Assembly (NCBI RefSeq): GCF_009914755.1
Contig: NC_060941.1
Direction: 5' to 3' (one strand)
From: the human T2T-CHM13v2.0 reference genome, Homo sapiens
Length of the DNA: 64,000 nt
This document shows positions 14,166-28,479 of this stretch, one piece after another. Below the pieces are notes generated by a model that was not told the DNA's origin, searched no databases, and was given only the letters and a program-made list of their open reading frames with translations. The first letter of the stretch is position 1. Every line of letters starts with the position of its first letter. A program made the translations under genes and the position numbers.

Positions 14166-15319
14166 TCCCCTATGCCATGCGCTTCTCGTAGTGGGTGGCA
14201 GAGTCTAGGGCGATGAGAAGTCTGGAGCCTGTGCAAGGCCAGGCTTTTCTCTGCCATGGAGTGGTGTGCCACGGATAACACAGGAGCTCTTTCTGGGCCT
14301 CAGTTTTACTCTCTCTTGTGAGCAGGAATCCCCCGGAGGGGGTGTTAAAACATAGACTCCTGAGCCTTCCCCAGATACTCTGTTCGGGTTGGTCCTGAGT
14401 AGGTGCTGCGGGTCTGTGGGCCACACTCTGAATAGCACCTACTAACTAGCAAGTCTCTTGGGTTCCTTTTGGCAAAAATCCCCCATCTCCATGGCCAGGC
14501 GGGGAAATACTGGCTAAAACCCTGTGGTGTTCCTGTCCTCACCACCCACCATCCTCCCTCAGGCCTGACTACCCCCTACACTCAGAAGCCACACACCTTT
14601 GAGTCCAGGGGGAGCCCCCAACCCCACACTGTGAATGCAGCTCTCTGTGTGAGCCAACAGAGGGTGGTAGTGACCAGAAGGGACTTAGGAGCCAGCACTG
14701 TGATTTGAAAATGAGCTTTTCCACTTCCTGTGTGACCCTGGGAAAGTAACTAGACCCCTCTGAGCTCCAATTTCCACGTCTCTAACATAAAGACTGGAAA
14801 GACATACAGAATTGAATGTCATTAAACGGCACACCAAGCGCATCCATACATATGTGTGTCCTAGGAAATATATATATAGGATGTACTCGGAAAGGGACAA
14901 GAAACGGACAGTTGGAACTTCAGTGGGAAGTGAAGATCCTTTGGGGATGTATGCATTCTTACTGCATGCTTGTGTTATTCTTCCAAAAATGTTCTACCAG
15001 CCTCATGGGCTATTGTAGGGCTAATGGAGGTGATCCCTACAAAGGGTTGTGCATAAGGCCTGGCATATAGCAAGCACTGGATAAGGTGTTAGCTCTCCTC
15101 CTCTTCCTCCTTCTCCCCACCATGCCTCTCCTGCTGGCTAGCTCTCCCTGCCCTCCTGCCATTCTCCTGGATGGCACTGCCTCCCTCCCTCCTGTTGCTC
15201 TTTATTTATTTATATTCTCTTCAAAAGGAAGGGGTGTGTGTGGCTGGATCAATTCATCCATGTCGCTCACTTGGCTCCACTTCCCTCCTCCTTCCGCCCC
15301 TCTCCCCCTCGCTGAGACC

Positions 15320-15500
15320 AAGAGCGTAAATTCCTTCTGGCTATTAATTAAAAGCAGCCTCTCCCTTCGCGCCAGTGTACTCGCCATAAATTAATAGCGG
15401 TCTTCTTAATCAAATCTTATCTCCTCCTCGAGCCATAAACATATGGAGCTCAAGTTGGTATCTCTGTGCACCCAGCCGTGAAATTTAATTTCTGATGCTT
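15320..15500. promoter_or_regulatory. Candidate developmental enhancer (homeodomain motif cluster)
   Basis: AT-rich non-repeat patch: TATTAATTAA, GCCATAAA x2 (15383, 15432), TAATCAAAT, CATATG, retained CpGs. Confidence 0.45.
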
Positions 15501-15689
15501 CGGTGGACTGCAGGGGGTGGGTGGGTGGTCTTGTGTTGGGGGCCACCCAAACTTGAGTCCCAGAACCAGACCCCTGGTCGACCAGCTGGGTTGACTCAAC
15601 CACCTCCCATGACGTCTGCAGGCAAAGCATGTGTGACTCTTTAAGCCTGAAGGTCCAGCAGTTTCGTTGCATGATTATAATCGTTGGCA

Positions 15690-15975
15690 TTCTAAAGGCT
15701 TTCAGAGATTTTATCTCATCCGATTCTCATGCAAGCTCTATGAGGAGGAATAGGTTGGGAATATGAGCCCCATTTTAGAGATGGAAAAACTAAGTCTAAC
15801 ATGTTCTTTAGAGTCAGATCTGAATGGAATTCCTCCTCTGCTGCTTTCTAGCTGCCACTCTGACCCTCAGTTTCCTCATCTGTCCAAGGGGAAAGAGAAT
15901 GCCTCTTGCAGCTTTGAAGTGCGAATGGGATTAACTGTCATATGTAAAGGGCTCGGTATGGTGCCTGGCCTGTGG
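15690..15975. mobile_element. Two adjacent, oppositely oriented MIR fragments
   Basis: cccattttagagatggaaaaactaag (antisense) followed by cctcagtttcctcatctgt...tgtaaagggctcggtatggtgcctggc (sense). Confidence 0.65.
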
Positions 15976-16916
15976 CTGCTGCACAGGGTAGAGATATTCC
16001 ACTAAGTGACCTGCCCAAGACTATCCACCCAGCTACAAATCGGCAGTCTGGGCCATAGGCTTCAACTCAAATTCCATGCCCTTGGAATTCCATCTCCAGG
16101 CTCTAGAGCCTGAGGTCCCCAGGCTAGGTCCCCTAGGCAAAATCAGCTCAGCTGCCCCCTCCTTCTGGCCTGTCAAATGCCCACCCCAAGTACATGTCCA
16201 TAAGCCACTGGCCCGAGGTGGAGCCAGGAGCCTGGACGGGCCAGGGCAGAGCCTGGACAGAGGACACAACTGCCAGCCTTGCTCCAGCTGCCAAGTAACT
16301 TTGAGCCAATACCAACTGGGGCGCCCTCTGGCACGCCTCTGTCCCTGGGTCACTCCAGCATCACCACCCTACTTAGCAGCTGACAGTCTCCAGCAATTTC
16401 CCTTTGGCCGCAGGGTGGCTCGGGCCATCTCTGCACGTTATCTGTGTTACTGGGGCGTGACTCATGTCATCCTGGTGCAGGCTCATTCATAAATGAGACG
16501 GGACTCTGAGGCCACTTCTGGAGCTGCTTTGCCCATTCAGAGCCGAGCTCCGCAGCCTCTCCTGACTCTTCCAGCCCCGGGGGACAATCACCTTCCTATC
16601 TGAGACCCAGCGCTCTGGCAAACAGCCCTCTTTGTGCCCATCAAACCCTCAGGCCCGCTTCTCTGGATCTGGCTCATTACATTTCCCTGAACTGGCTTCT
16701 CCTTTCCTAACCACACAGGTGCTTTTAAAGTCTTCTCATTGCTTTGTGAGTCTGTTTTTGTTTTTCTGTAAAATCTTGAAGTCTGTTTACAATTCTTCAC
16801 ACCCTCAGGGAGGCATCTCTCTAAGAAACTCCCTGTCCTGTTATCTGCTCTTGGCATCCCATTAGCCACTCACTTCACCATCTCTAAAGCCCACCATGTT
16901 CATAAGACTCTAGTCC

Positions 16917-17455
16917 AGTGGTTTTCAAAGTGAGGGGAGGAGGGAGTCCCAGGAACAGCTGAAACAGCAGCACCTGGAAGCTTGTAAGAAATGCAAATTC
17001 TGGCCTGGCGCGGTGGCTCACGCCTGTAATCCCAGCACTTTGGGAGGCCGAGCCTGGTGGATCACCTGGGGTCAGGAGTTCGAGACCAGCCTGACCAACA
17101 TGGAGAGACCCCCCCCCCTCCCCCGCCATCTCTACTAAAAATACAAACTTAGCTGGGCCTGGGGCTGCATGCCTATAATCTCAGCTACTCGGGAGGGGGA
17201 GGCAGAAGAATCATTTGAATCCGGGAGGTGGAGGTTGCGGTGAGCCGAGATCGCGCCTTTGCACACCAGCCTGGGCAACAAGGGCGAAACTCCATCTCAA
17301 AAAAAAAAAAAAAAAAAAAAAAAAGAAAGAAATGCAAATTCTGGGCCTTGTCTCAGGCCTGATGAATCAGAAATTCTGGGTGTGGAGCTTGGCAGTTTGT
17401 GACTGAGCAAGTATCCCAGGTGATTCTGATGCACAGTGAAGTTTGAGAACCAGTG
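16917..17455 (+). mobile_element. MER5A (hAT-Charlie), split by an Alu
   Basis: cagtggttttcaaagtg...aagaaatgcaaattct...ggtgattctgatgcacagtgaagtttgagaaccagtg. Confidence 0.85.
17002..17326 (+). mobile_element. AluSp-like
   Basis: Full dimer; perfect 16-bp TSD aagaaatgcaaattct (16986-17001 / 17327-17342); C-run expansion at ~17108-17125. Confidence 0.95.
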
Positions 17456-17463
17456 CTCTAGGC

Positions 17464-17680
17464 TGCTGGTTCTCATCAGGGCCAACTCAACTTTGCCCCC
17501 CAGGGGACATCTGGAAGCATTTTTGGTCGTCACAACTGGCATCTAGTGGGTAGAGGCCAGGGATCCTATGAAATACCCCGCAGTGCTCAGGACAGCCTCC
17601 TGCGGTGCTCAGGACAGCCTCCCCTCTAAGAACAATCTGGCCCAAAGTGTCAGTAGTGCGGAGACTGGGAAGTCTCGCTG
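17464..17680 (+). mobile_element. MER20
   Basis: ttgcccccaggggacat...tttttggtcgtcacaactggcatctagtgggtagaggccagggat...ggcccaaagtgtcagtagtgc; internal 22-bp duplication (gtgctcaggacagcctcc x2). Confidence 0.85.
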
Positions 17681-19446
17681 TGCCTAGGGCCGGGGCGGCA
17701 CAGTTCCAGGGCCAATGCACAAGCACAGCAGCTCTGGGTGACAACCGGACAGGCGTGGGGCACACTCCTCTACGTGGCGCAGGTGCCATACGCACTTCAT
17801 TCCTGATGGCTCACTTTACAGAAGGCGCCAGATGCCTGAAGCACAGAGAAGCCACTAATCCGTGATCTCACAGCTGGTGAGCACCAGGGCAGGGTTAGGG
17901 CCCCAGAGCAAGTGAAGCCAGAGCCGGGGTCCTCCCTGTGATGCCACGTACTTGACCTTGCATGGAGAGAGGCTTGGTTCTTACTAAATGATCTGTTCGA
18001 GCAAGAAAGACAAACTGCAGGCATCACAGTCCCTGACTCACTCAGTCTAGTCAGTGGCTACTGTATGCTCCTCCCTAAGCCAATTATTCTACTGTGTGCT
18101 GGAGTAGTCCCAGGATGCAAGAAATTCACGCTCCAGCTCACAGTGATGAATGCACGTGAGTGCAGGTGCACACACAAACACACAACCCTGAAGGGCAAGG
18201 AGATGTCTCTTCTAGTCCCTCCCAAGGTGCAGAGTTGTAGGTGCTCAAAGCATTCAGAAAAATAGAATGGGAATGAGGGTGACCCTGTTGGGGAGCTGGG
18301 TATTGAGGTGTGGGGCAGATTTGCAGAGCTGGGAAAAGAGGCCGGAAAACCACAGGCAAGGGACGTGGCCTTGGAGTTGGACAGATGTGGCTCTGAATTC
18401 TGCTCCACCACTTCCAGCAGCGTGAAGCTTGGCCAAGCTGCTTACTCCACAAGCCTCCATTTCCCAATCTGCAAAATGGGGACATTGCTACTGGCTCCGC
18501 AGCCTTAGGCAGGATAAAAGGGGAAGCTCAGACAGGCACTCTGCGTCACTCTGTCCTATGTCAGCATCAGCTGGCCCTGACCAAGGATAATGCTGATCTG
18601 GTCACCACAGGCTGGAACCCAAAGTGGGGTGTGAAATCGGACAAGGCAGACAAGAGAGCAATAAGCCTCATCCCCAGGCAGCAGGAGGCAAGCCGCACAT
18701 TTGGTTTTGAGCAGCCCCGCAGAGCCACTGCGGATTAGCAGGTGTTACAGAGGTGCTGAGTGCCATTAGCACCTAATTACGCCTTTGTCCTTGCTGTAAT
18801 CAGGTGAACAGAGAAGGGACTGAAAAGGGGAGCGCCTTAAAGAGAAAGCAAGCAGCTGTCAGGCAGGAATCTCTTCCAATGTGTCCACTCCTCTCTAGAA
18901 TGTGGCCTCCTTCCCACGGCCAGAGGGCCTGGGCCATTCAGGTGGCCAGAAAGGATACAGCCAGTTACAGACTCTTACATGCTGCCTCTTAAACCCACAC
19001 GGAATCGAAGTCTGGGCTCATCAGGAAACAGGGAGCCGATGAGGGCCTTTGAGAAGGGGGAGGCAATTGACGAAAGAAGACATTTAGCAAGACGAGAATT
19101 GGACGGCTGTCTGCAGGGTGGATGGAAAGGTACGGCTGGACCAGAGGGGTCAGTTCGGAATCTGTTACTGTAATCCAGGCATGTGCTAATGCAGAGGAGT
19201 ACCAGGAACACATGAGACTTGACAGGACCTGGCAACCAGCACCTCCTTCCCCGGCATTCGCTTCCCCTGTCGGAGATGATGCTGGAAAGCTCAAAGGTCC
19301 CACAAGAAGCACAGCAGCAACTTGAAGCTGACTTTGCTCGTTGCCAAGACCCGCACCACCTGCTGTGCAACACCATTGCTCTGCCCCGTCTGGCTCTGGG
19401 CTGCTCCTTCAGACCCTGGCCTAAGTAGTCTTTAACAGGGCACACC

Positions 19447-20301
<855 letters not shown>

Positions 20302-20363
20302 ACACCTGCCCTGAGCTCTCTGCTCCCCCGGCCACCAGCACACTCTTCCGGGACGCCACAGTG

Positions 20364-20582
20364 GGGTTGCCAGATTTAGCAAAAACACAAACACAGGATG
20401 TTCGGTTACACTTGAACTTCCCTTCAGACCCAAGGCTGTTAGAGTTGGGGTTTGCAACAGTGCAAACCTGTAGGACGTGTAGAATACTCTCGCAAATTGG
20501 GGAATGCTGGTGCTCAAAGATGAAGCAATGTTTATCTGAGGTCCAAATTTACTTGGGTATCCTGTCTCTTATCTGGCACCCT
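20364..20582 (+). mobile_element. MER53 palindromic hAT MITE
   Basis: gggttgccagatttagcaaaaacacaaacacaggatg...tatcctgtctcttatctggcaccct inverted ends. Confidence 0.8.
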
Positions 20583-22789
20583 ATCTACTTGGAGATGCAG
20601 GTTTACAAGAACTAGGACATGGCATGGCGAAAGGTATGAGAGGACACAAGGAGACCTGGTCCCCATCCAGCACCCCCTACTCATGCAGGCACATGACTGA
20701 GCTTTGCGGAGATGCTTATCTGTGGGGTGGGGCAATACCAGAGGGCAGCCATCACGCGGCTGTCAGGAAGCCTCCTCATCTTCAAAGAGCATCAAGCACT
20801 AAAACGGTAAGAGTGGCCAGGTCTGGAGTGCAGCGGAGACTCGAGGAGAGATAAAAGGCTGCCAAGAGCACACCCAGCCTCTCTGGGGACGTGGGGTACG
20901 TGCTATGAATGCACCTTGCAGTTTCTCACCCACATGAGGGGGGAGTTGATCTCTGCGGTCCCCTTCAGCTTAAAAACCTCATGCTGATCCCAGGCTTCCG
21001 GACTTCATCTGTCAATAACGATGAATGCAGGGAACTGCAGCCTGTCTACCAGTAGCCCTTGCACCACAGAAAAAGGAAGGTAAATCCACAACTGGAAGAA
21101 AGCATCATGGGCTGCAGGCCACAGCCATGCCTCCGTGGGCCTGGCACTGTACACTTCTTGGAAAGATCTAGGCCTCTCGGCCCCCATCATGCCGAAATTA
21201 GAGGCTGGCTCCGTGTGGCTGCATTGCACCTGCCAGCAGGGTTACACCTGTATGATCAGAAATGTGTAAGAGCAGATTTTACTGGACTAATAAAAATTAA
21301 AATGACCAAAATGGAGTCAGAACCCAGCCAAAGAGGGAGTGTGGGAGGGAAAGAGTCTCCAGCTTTTTATTTTTTAAGCAGGCCAACCACATGGAGGTGG
21401 GGACGACTTCTTCCCCATGCCCCCGGCAGCACCTCCAGCCATCTGTCCCCACCACCTCCTGGCCTGGTTAGCTGGCTTCCAGAAATGTGACTGTCTGGAG
21501 TCTAACCGGGGCACACCAGGAGCTGTCACCCTGAGTCAAGCCTGGGGCATGAAGACAGGAAGAGAGGGCCGGGGAAGCGCGAGGACAGGGACCTTGGTGG
21601 CTGGCTGAGGATGCTCAGATGACGGGAAGACGGAACAGTCAGGCACACCCTGGCGGCTCCCCATTTCCGGAAGGAGGACAGGAACGGAGGTCCAGGGAGA
21701 GCCTATTGTAACCACCGTGCGTGACACCAAGAGCTTTGGGGAATCTACGGAATCAAAGAGTCACAGACACATGGCCTGGCCACATGCCCGTCTCCCAAGC
21801 ATATTTCAGGGTTTAACCTCAGCTCACCCCGGTAATGCTGTGTTTGCAGCGCATGGGGGTGTCCGTAGCTCGCCGGTGTCACAGGATCACCCCAGAGTGG
21901 TGTGGGACGTACACTTGGAGTTCAGCCGGTCCAGCCAGCTCATTCCCCATTCGAGGCCCAGGGAGGGTTGGGTGGGGGGGATTGTTTCTAAGCTTACCGC
22001 GCAAATGCCGTCCCTCCTCCTCCTCCCCACCCCAGCTCCTGCTGCAGGTCTTCCCTCGACAGGCTGGGTACCCCACCCCACCCTCTGCCTACGTCTGTGC
22101 CACTGGGGGGCTGTGTTCAGTGTGGATGTGGGGCTCTGTGGTCCTTCTGTCATCCCTGGATCCAGAGTTACTCCTGGGGGCCCAGACACCTCTGTAATTC
22201 AAGTTGCTGGGCTACTGTGAGGCCCAAAACGTTTGTGGGGAGCAGAGAATGAAGGAGCCTCAGCACCCACTCCCTATCCTGGCCACAAGAGCATCCTTCC
22301 TCCTCATTGTGCAGGAAACCCCCACCCAAAGGAACAGAGATGGGGTGTGGGGGGCTTCCCCCAGAGACCATGAGGCATGCGCTCTGGGCCCTGGGGTAAC
22401 CTGGACAACATTTGCCTCTAAGGGACCAGGAGTGGCCCAGGACAATAGACCCAGAGGCAGAACACCTAGCTTGGAAGGGCCAGAGCCCCCCAGGGAAGGA
22501 GCAGATGGTACCTCAAGCTGAACCCCTTCTCTGCAGTGCCCCCCCAAAGTGTGCCACTCACATGTTTACTGATCAGATTTGGGGTTTCTGACATGCAGTA
22601 ATCGGATCACGGAAGGTGTTAACTGGATTAGGCAGAAGGCTTCCAGGAGACACCAGCTGAAAGTGGCTATTAAATAACACAGGGGCCTGGGCGGCAGGGC
22701 TGAGGGGACCCTGCTTCCTCAGCCCTCTTCTTCTTTTGTCCCTGGCTCCTCACTTACCCTCCTTGGCCATATCTCACTGTCCGTCCTTC

Positions 22790-22985
22790 TTTGAGCACTG
22801 GCCATGTGGCCGAGTCTGTGTTGGACAATTTGGTTGCATTATCTCCTTTAATCCCCACAGGGAATTTACAAGGTAGGTTTCAACCTCCCCATGTAACAGA
22901 AGGGAAAACAGAGGCTTGGAGGTTAAGAAAATGGCCCCACAACCCACAGCAATAAATATGTCTGGAATTCCAATCCAGCTTTATC
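22790..22985 (-). mobile_element. MIR
   Basis: cattatctcctttaatccccacag...cagaagggaaaacagaggcttggaggttaag. Confidence 0.7.
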
Positions 22986-23504
22986 TAATATCGTTTCCAA
23001 CTCAAAAACTGTTTCCCCAAACCTGGTCATGTCAGGCCTCCCAACGTCTGGGAGCCAGCAGGTGGTTCACTCTGGCCAGCCTCTGAGGCTGAGTGTTGGA
23101 CAGCGGGAAGGCGGCATTGATGGGGATTCGTGGGCTGTAGGGGAAGGTCAGCCACTGGACAGCTCCCTCGACCCTTGACCCCCTCAGGCTGGGGTGCTGG
23201 CCTTCCCCCGGGCAGCAGCTGAGGGCCTGAGTCTCATGTCCTCAGACTGCTCCAGATCAGATGGTCTCAAGCCCTTCTCCTGAGTATAAAGATGCCCTTC
23301 CCTCCCCCAGTGCTGCTCCCTAAGACCCTAGAGGCAAGAACTTGGTTGCTCCCCTGGAAAGTGTTGGTGGTGGGGATGAGGAGATGGGAAGAGAGGGAGG
23401 GGGAGAGAGAGAGAGAGAATATATTAGATATCACAGAAGCAAGCTGGAGTCCCAGCAATGTGCTTGCTCCTGCAAGACTCCCTGCCTGCCTCATGATGGG
23501 ACAA

Positions 23505-23865
23505 TGAACACACACACACACAACACATACAAATACACACAGAACACACAGAAATACACCCATAGCACACATATGCACACATACATGTAATACATAGCAC
23601 ACATATGCACACAAATACATGCACAAATACAAATACATGCAGCACAGATGCACACAAATACACTTAGCACATATGCACACACACAAATATACAGCACATA
23701 TCCACACACAAATACACACAGCACACAGACACACATACAAATGCACACATAGCACACACATGCACACATGCAAATACACACAGCACATACATAGCACACA
23801 CCTGCACATATACAAATACACACAGCACACACCTGCACACAGCACACGTGCACACACACATACAA
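23505..23865. repeat. Degenerate (CA)n / CATA-rich simple repeat
   Basis: Directly visible. Confidence 0.95.
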
Positions 23866-26510
23866 CAGGCCTCACTACCTGCCTGCTTCACTCCCCCAGC
23901 CCTTGTCACCCTCTGCTCTGTGGATCACCTCCTCAATCAGAACGCCATCACCACGAGAAAAGACTTCGGCCTGTTTCTGTTGTTTCTACCTCTGTACCCA
24001 CAGCTCCTAGCACGGTGCCTGAAATAAGTGGGCATTGGGTGGGCACTTGCTGAATAAGTGAAGCCATGAGCCACAGAAGGGGTGTCAGTGAGAATTCGAG
24101 TGTGGGTGAAGGTGAGGAGGAGGAGGAGGAGGAGGGAGGAAAGGGAGGTCTGAGAGATGGGGAGAGGCAGGCCTGGGGGAGAGCGTGGCCCTGTGTCGGA
24201 GAGACAGAGAAATAGAGTCGGGGTGGCCACAGGTAATGAATGCCGTTTGTGGTGAGACTCTCTTGCCCTATGGCTCCAGATTGCGGGGGTGTCCCAAGGA
24301 TGTCTGGGCACAATATTGGTGTGTGCCAGGGCCTGGGAAGGAGGCCCTTGTGCTTCCAAGAGATCCCACACAGCACCAGCCTCCCACACAGCCATGAGTC
24401 TGGGCCCTGGAGGGGACCCAGCCTCGGGTCATCAGAGGAAATGCTGTCTCCTCCTCGCTTGGACTGGCCAGTGGCACAGGCTCCCTCCTAGGGAGGTATG
24501 GAGTCACCAGAAAGGCAGCCTGGGGCCCAGGCCAGGCCCAGATGGCCCCAGCTGTTCACCACAGCCCCAGGGCAGGCAGGAAGCTGGGGTGCGGGGAGTA
24601 GCCGCTGACCCACTGGGAACCAGCATGCAGTTTGGAGGGGGGCCTGGTGGGGGCAGTGTCAGTTCAAGGCTGGCATCCACTCCTCACCGGCAGGCCCTGG
24701 CAAGGGCCTATCCTCCCTAGAAGGCTTGGAGGCAGCCAGGGGGGCTGAGAGGGGCCAGGGGAGCTGGGAGGACAGGCTCCATCCTGTGGGGCTCCCTGCT
24801 GCCTAGAAGCAGCCATCAAGCAGCCCGAGAGTGTGGCAGACATGGCTTAGGCGGCCTGATGGAGAAGCCCTTGACACATAGGATTGCAGAAGTCAGAGGT
24901 CTTGGCCTTAGGGGGATACAGTGAGGCCTCGGCACTCCCAGTCTTATGTCCCAGGCAGACGGCCCTCACCTACCCCCTGTGCCTGCCCCAACACGTTTGG
25001 GCTGTCCTGGGCAGGGATGCACACACAGGGAGTCCCAGCTGCAGGTGGTGGTAGCCTGGAGACCTGGGTCCTGGGCAGCTTTGGGACAGAGCCACTGGGC
25101 AATCTGGGGCGGCAGGGGTAGTGGAGAGGGACCCGCAGGGTGAGTGGGGAGGCAGTGGCGACCTCTATGAGAGAAGGCAGCCTGGCATATGGGGCAGTGA
25201 TCAGGGCAAGGTGTCAACACACCTGGGTCCCCACTCCAACTGGGGACCTGGAGGAAGCCTCCTCCCCTCCCTGGAGAGGGGCATGACACGGTATGAACAT
25301 TGGCCGGAGCTCCAGTCAACCTCTGCGACCCTCAGTTTCCTCATCTGCATAATGGGTTTGTGTGAATGTACGAAAACTCCTATCAGTGCATTTTACTTCT
25401 CAATATATTTCTGCATATACATATTCTGCATTCTCTCTGGCCTCCCTGTCCCAGCGTCCCAGCCTCTGAAAGGGGGCGCTGGCTCATGATGTATCTGTTT
25501 CCCGCAGTGACATGTCCCCGGAACCCACAGCCAACCCCCTTCCCAGTGGTCTCTGATGTTCCCCCCACCCCCAGAAGGGAGATGAGGAGGAGCAGAAACA
25601 GGGGACACAGGACAGGGTGGCTGGTTCCAGCCTCCCCGACCCTCCCAGCTCCACTCTGATCTTGTGGCCTCTCCAGCTCTCATCCTCCCTCCATGGCCTC
25701 CAGATGACAAGTCCCTGGGGATAGCTCCCTGCCATGGCTGGCGGTGTCTGAGCAAAAGAGGGAGATGAAGCTGGCTTGGAATGGGAGGTGCTAACCTTGT
25801 CTTCGGAGTTGCCCGCTTGCTCCCTCCACCCCTAGTCCAGGATGCGCAGGCAGAACCCCGGCCATTTCCATTCTGGGGACTCTGGTCGGGAGTCCGGCGC
25901 CCTAGGAATCGTCTCCTCACTTCAGTCTGAACCTGCTCCATGCCCAGGGACCGGGCCAGTGCACCTGGACTCACCTCATCTGAATCATCCCTGTGGGAGT
26001 GCCTGTCAAGAGCCAAGATGTTCCCAAGCTCATCTGTCTTTCTCTTGTCCTTTAACACGTATTCTCCTGATGGGTTTTGGATATTTTCATTCTCCTTCAC
26101 CTCACCGGGGCCTTGAAGGGTGGAGACTCTCCCTGGTGCTGGCTACCCAGCACCCCACTACTGACACAAGACGGGGAGCTGCCCTGGGTGGAAGATGAGA
26201 GGATGCAATCAGATTTCTGGAAGCTGGGCACAAGAAACCTGTGACCAAGTCTCAGCCCTGCCAGGTATGACCCTCTGACCATAGGCAAATTATTTAACTT
26301 CTGTGATCTCAGTTCTATAAAGCAGGGGCCTCTCCTGTGATACTTTGCTTATAGAACTCTGCGATGTGGACGTATCTGTCTGGAATAGTTCCTGGGCTCG
26401 TGGGAGACACACAATCAACAGAACTATGGACATTACCGTCCTGTCTCTCAGGGCTCATGGAACGACAGGCTTCTGCCGATCCTGCCCCCAGCCCACCGCT
26501 ATCCTTATAA

Positions 26511-26856
<346 letters not shown>

Positions 26857-28160
26857 TATTTCATTTTTATGATACCCCTACAAGGTGAAATATTCCCTTT
26901 CTACTTCTACAGATGGGAAGAGTGACGCTCAGAGGGTTTGGGTCACTATTCTGAGGTTACATAGCCAGCTGGTGTCCGAGTTGTTCTCAGGTGCCCCAAA
27001 CCTAGAACTTTTCCATCCCATCTCCCCAGGGGGAGGGTGCTAGGATCCCGTGCCCCAACCCCAGTTAACAGCCACCCTCCCACCATTCACCACTGCCATG
27101 ACTTTGGAGCCATCTAAGCATATACAGGTGACAGGAGTAGGCCGGACCCACAGGCAGTTTGCTGGGTTTGGGAGACTCGGTGTGGGGCGTGAGTTCCTAG
27201 ACGCTAACCCCCTGTCCTCCTGGCTCAGGTCGCTGGGTCATTGGCCGACGGCACCTGTGCGGGCTCATGCAGGGCAGCTCAGATGGCACAGGCCTCCCTG
27301 ACAGCCAGCTGGCCGAGGCAGCCCCATGCATCAGCCAGTTTTGTTTATTCTCCAGCCTTGTTTATGACTCGATAAAATCCATAACACGGACAGTGCCTGT
27401 CTCCCCTGGCTTCCCCTCTGCCCGGCTCTCGTTCCCTGGGGATGCAGCTCTGCTCTTTATAGAAACCACCTGCTAAACTAGGCCCACCTGAAACCCATCA
27501 CTGTCAGTAAATGACCCTCCAGGAGAGGAAGCTGCCCAGTAAGTGTGAGGCAGCGGGCACGACGTGGATCGCTGGCCTTTTTCTTTACAGAGGTTAAAAA
27601 TAGTCCCACCGGGAGCAGCCCATCCCCCTCCAGGGACCACCCCTAGCTGTATACCTATGTCCCCTCCAGCAGGGGAAGGTGGGAGAGGCACTGGACAGGT
27701 GCTGAGAAGACGTGGTCTGGCCAGGGCCTGGCACCTGTGAGCTCGAAGGCCTCGTGTAAGTCACAGCACCTCTCCTGCTTTCCGTTTCCATTTACACAAT
27801 AAAATGAATGGATCAGGCACCAAGCGCCGGCTTGCTTCGATTTTTCTTCAAGTAGTGGAACCCTTTCTTTAAGTAAAATTTTAGACAGATCCCCAATAGA
27901 TGAGAGTGCTGAAGAAAACGGACTTTTCCGGGTAAGGAGCGAGTGGAAAATGTAGCATCCCCCTAGAAAGAGTTACCCCTTTTCTTGTTTTTCCAACTGA
28001 AGTCTCCGAGCTTCCAGAAGGCTGAGGCTGGATATTTTTCATTGTTGTGTCCTGTGCAATGGGCCTGGCCCACTGATGTGTCTCTTGTAGTGCTTAGTAC
28101 ATTCGTACAGAAGGAGGAAGGTAGGTAGGTAGGAGGGAGTGAGAAAAGAAAGGAGAGAAG

Positions 28161-28479
28161 GTGCTGGGCACGGTGGCTCACGCCTGTAATCCCAGCACTT
28201 TGGGAGGCCGAAGGGGGTGGATCACTTGAGGTCAGGAGTTCAAGACCAGCCTGGCCAACATGGCGAAACCCCATCTCTACCAAAAATACAAAAATTAGCC
28301 TGGCGTGGTGGTGGGCACCTGTAATCCCAGTTACTCCTCAGGAGGCTGAGGCAGGAGAATCACTTGAACCCAGGAGGCGGAGGCTGCAGTGAGCTGAGAT
28401 AGCGGCACTGCACTCCAGCCTGGATGACAGTGAGGTTCCATCTCAAAAAAAAAAATTAAATTAAATAAATAAAAATAAA
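28161..28479 (+). mobile_element. AluS, followed by a GA-rich tract (to ~28570)
   Basis: Full dimer with A-rich tail. Confidence 0.95.

Noticed and set aside
23267-24053. Cys/Val- and His/Thr-rich ORFs (also 39548-39892 and 44605-45306)
   Set aside because: Translations of (CA)n/(TG)n simple repeats.
25393-26100. 235-aa minus-strand ORF
   Set aside because: No recognisable homology; compatible with chance in GC-rich DNA.
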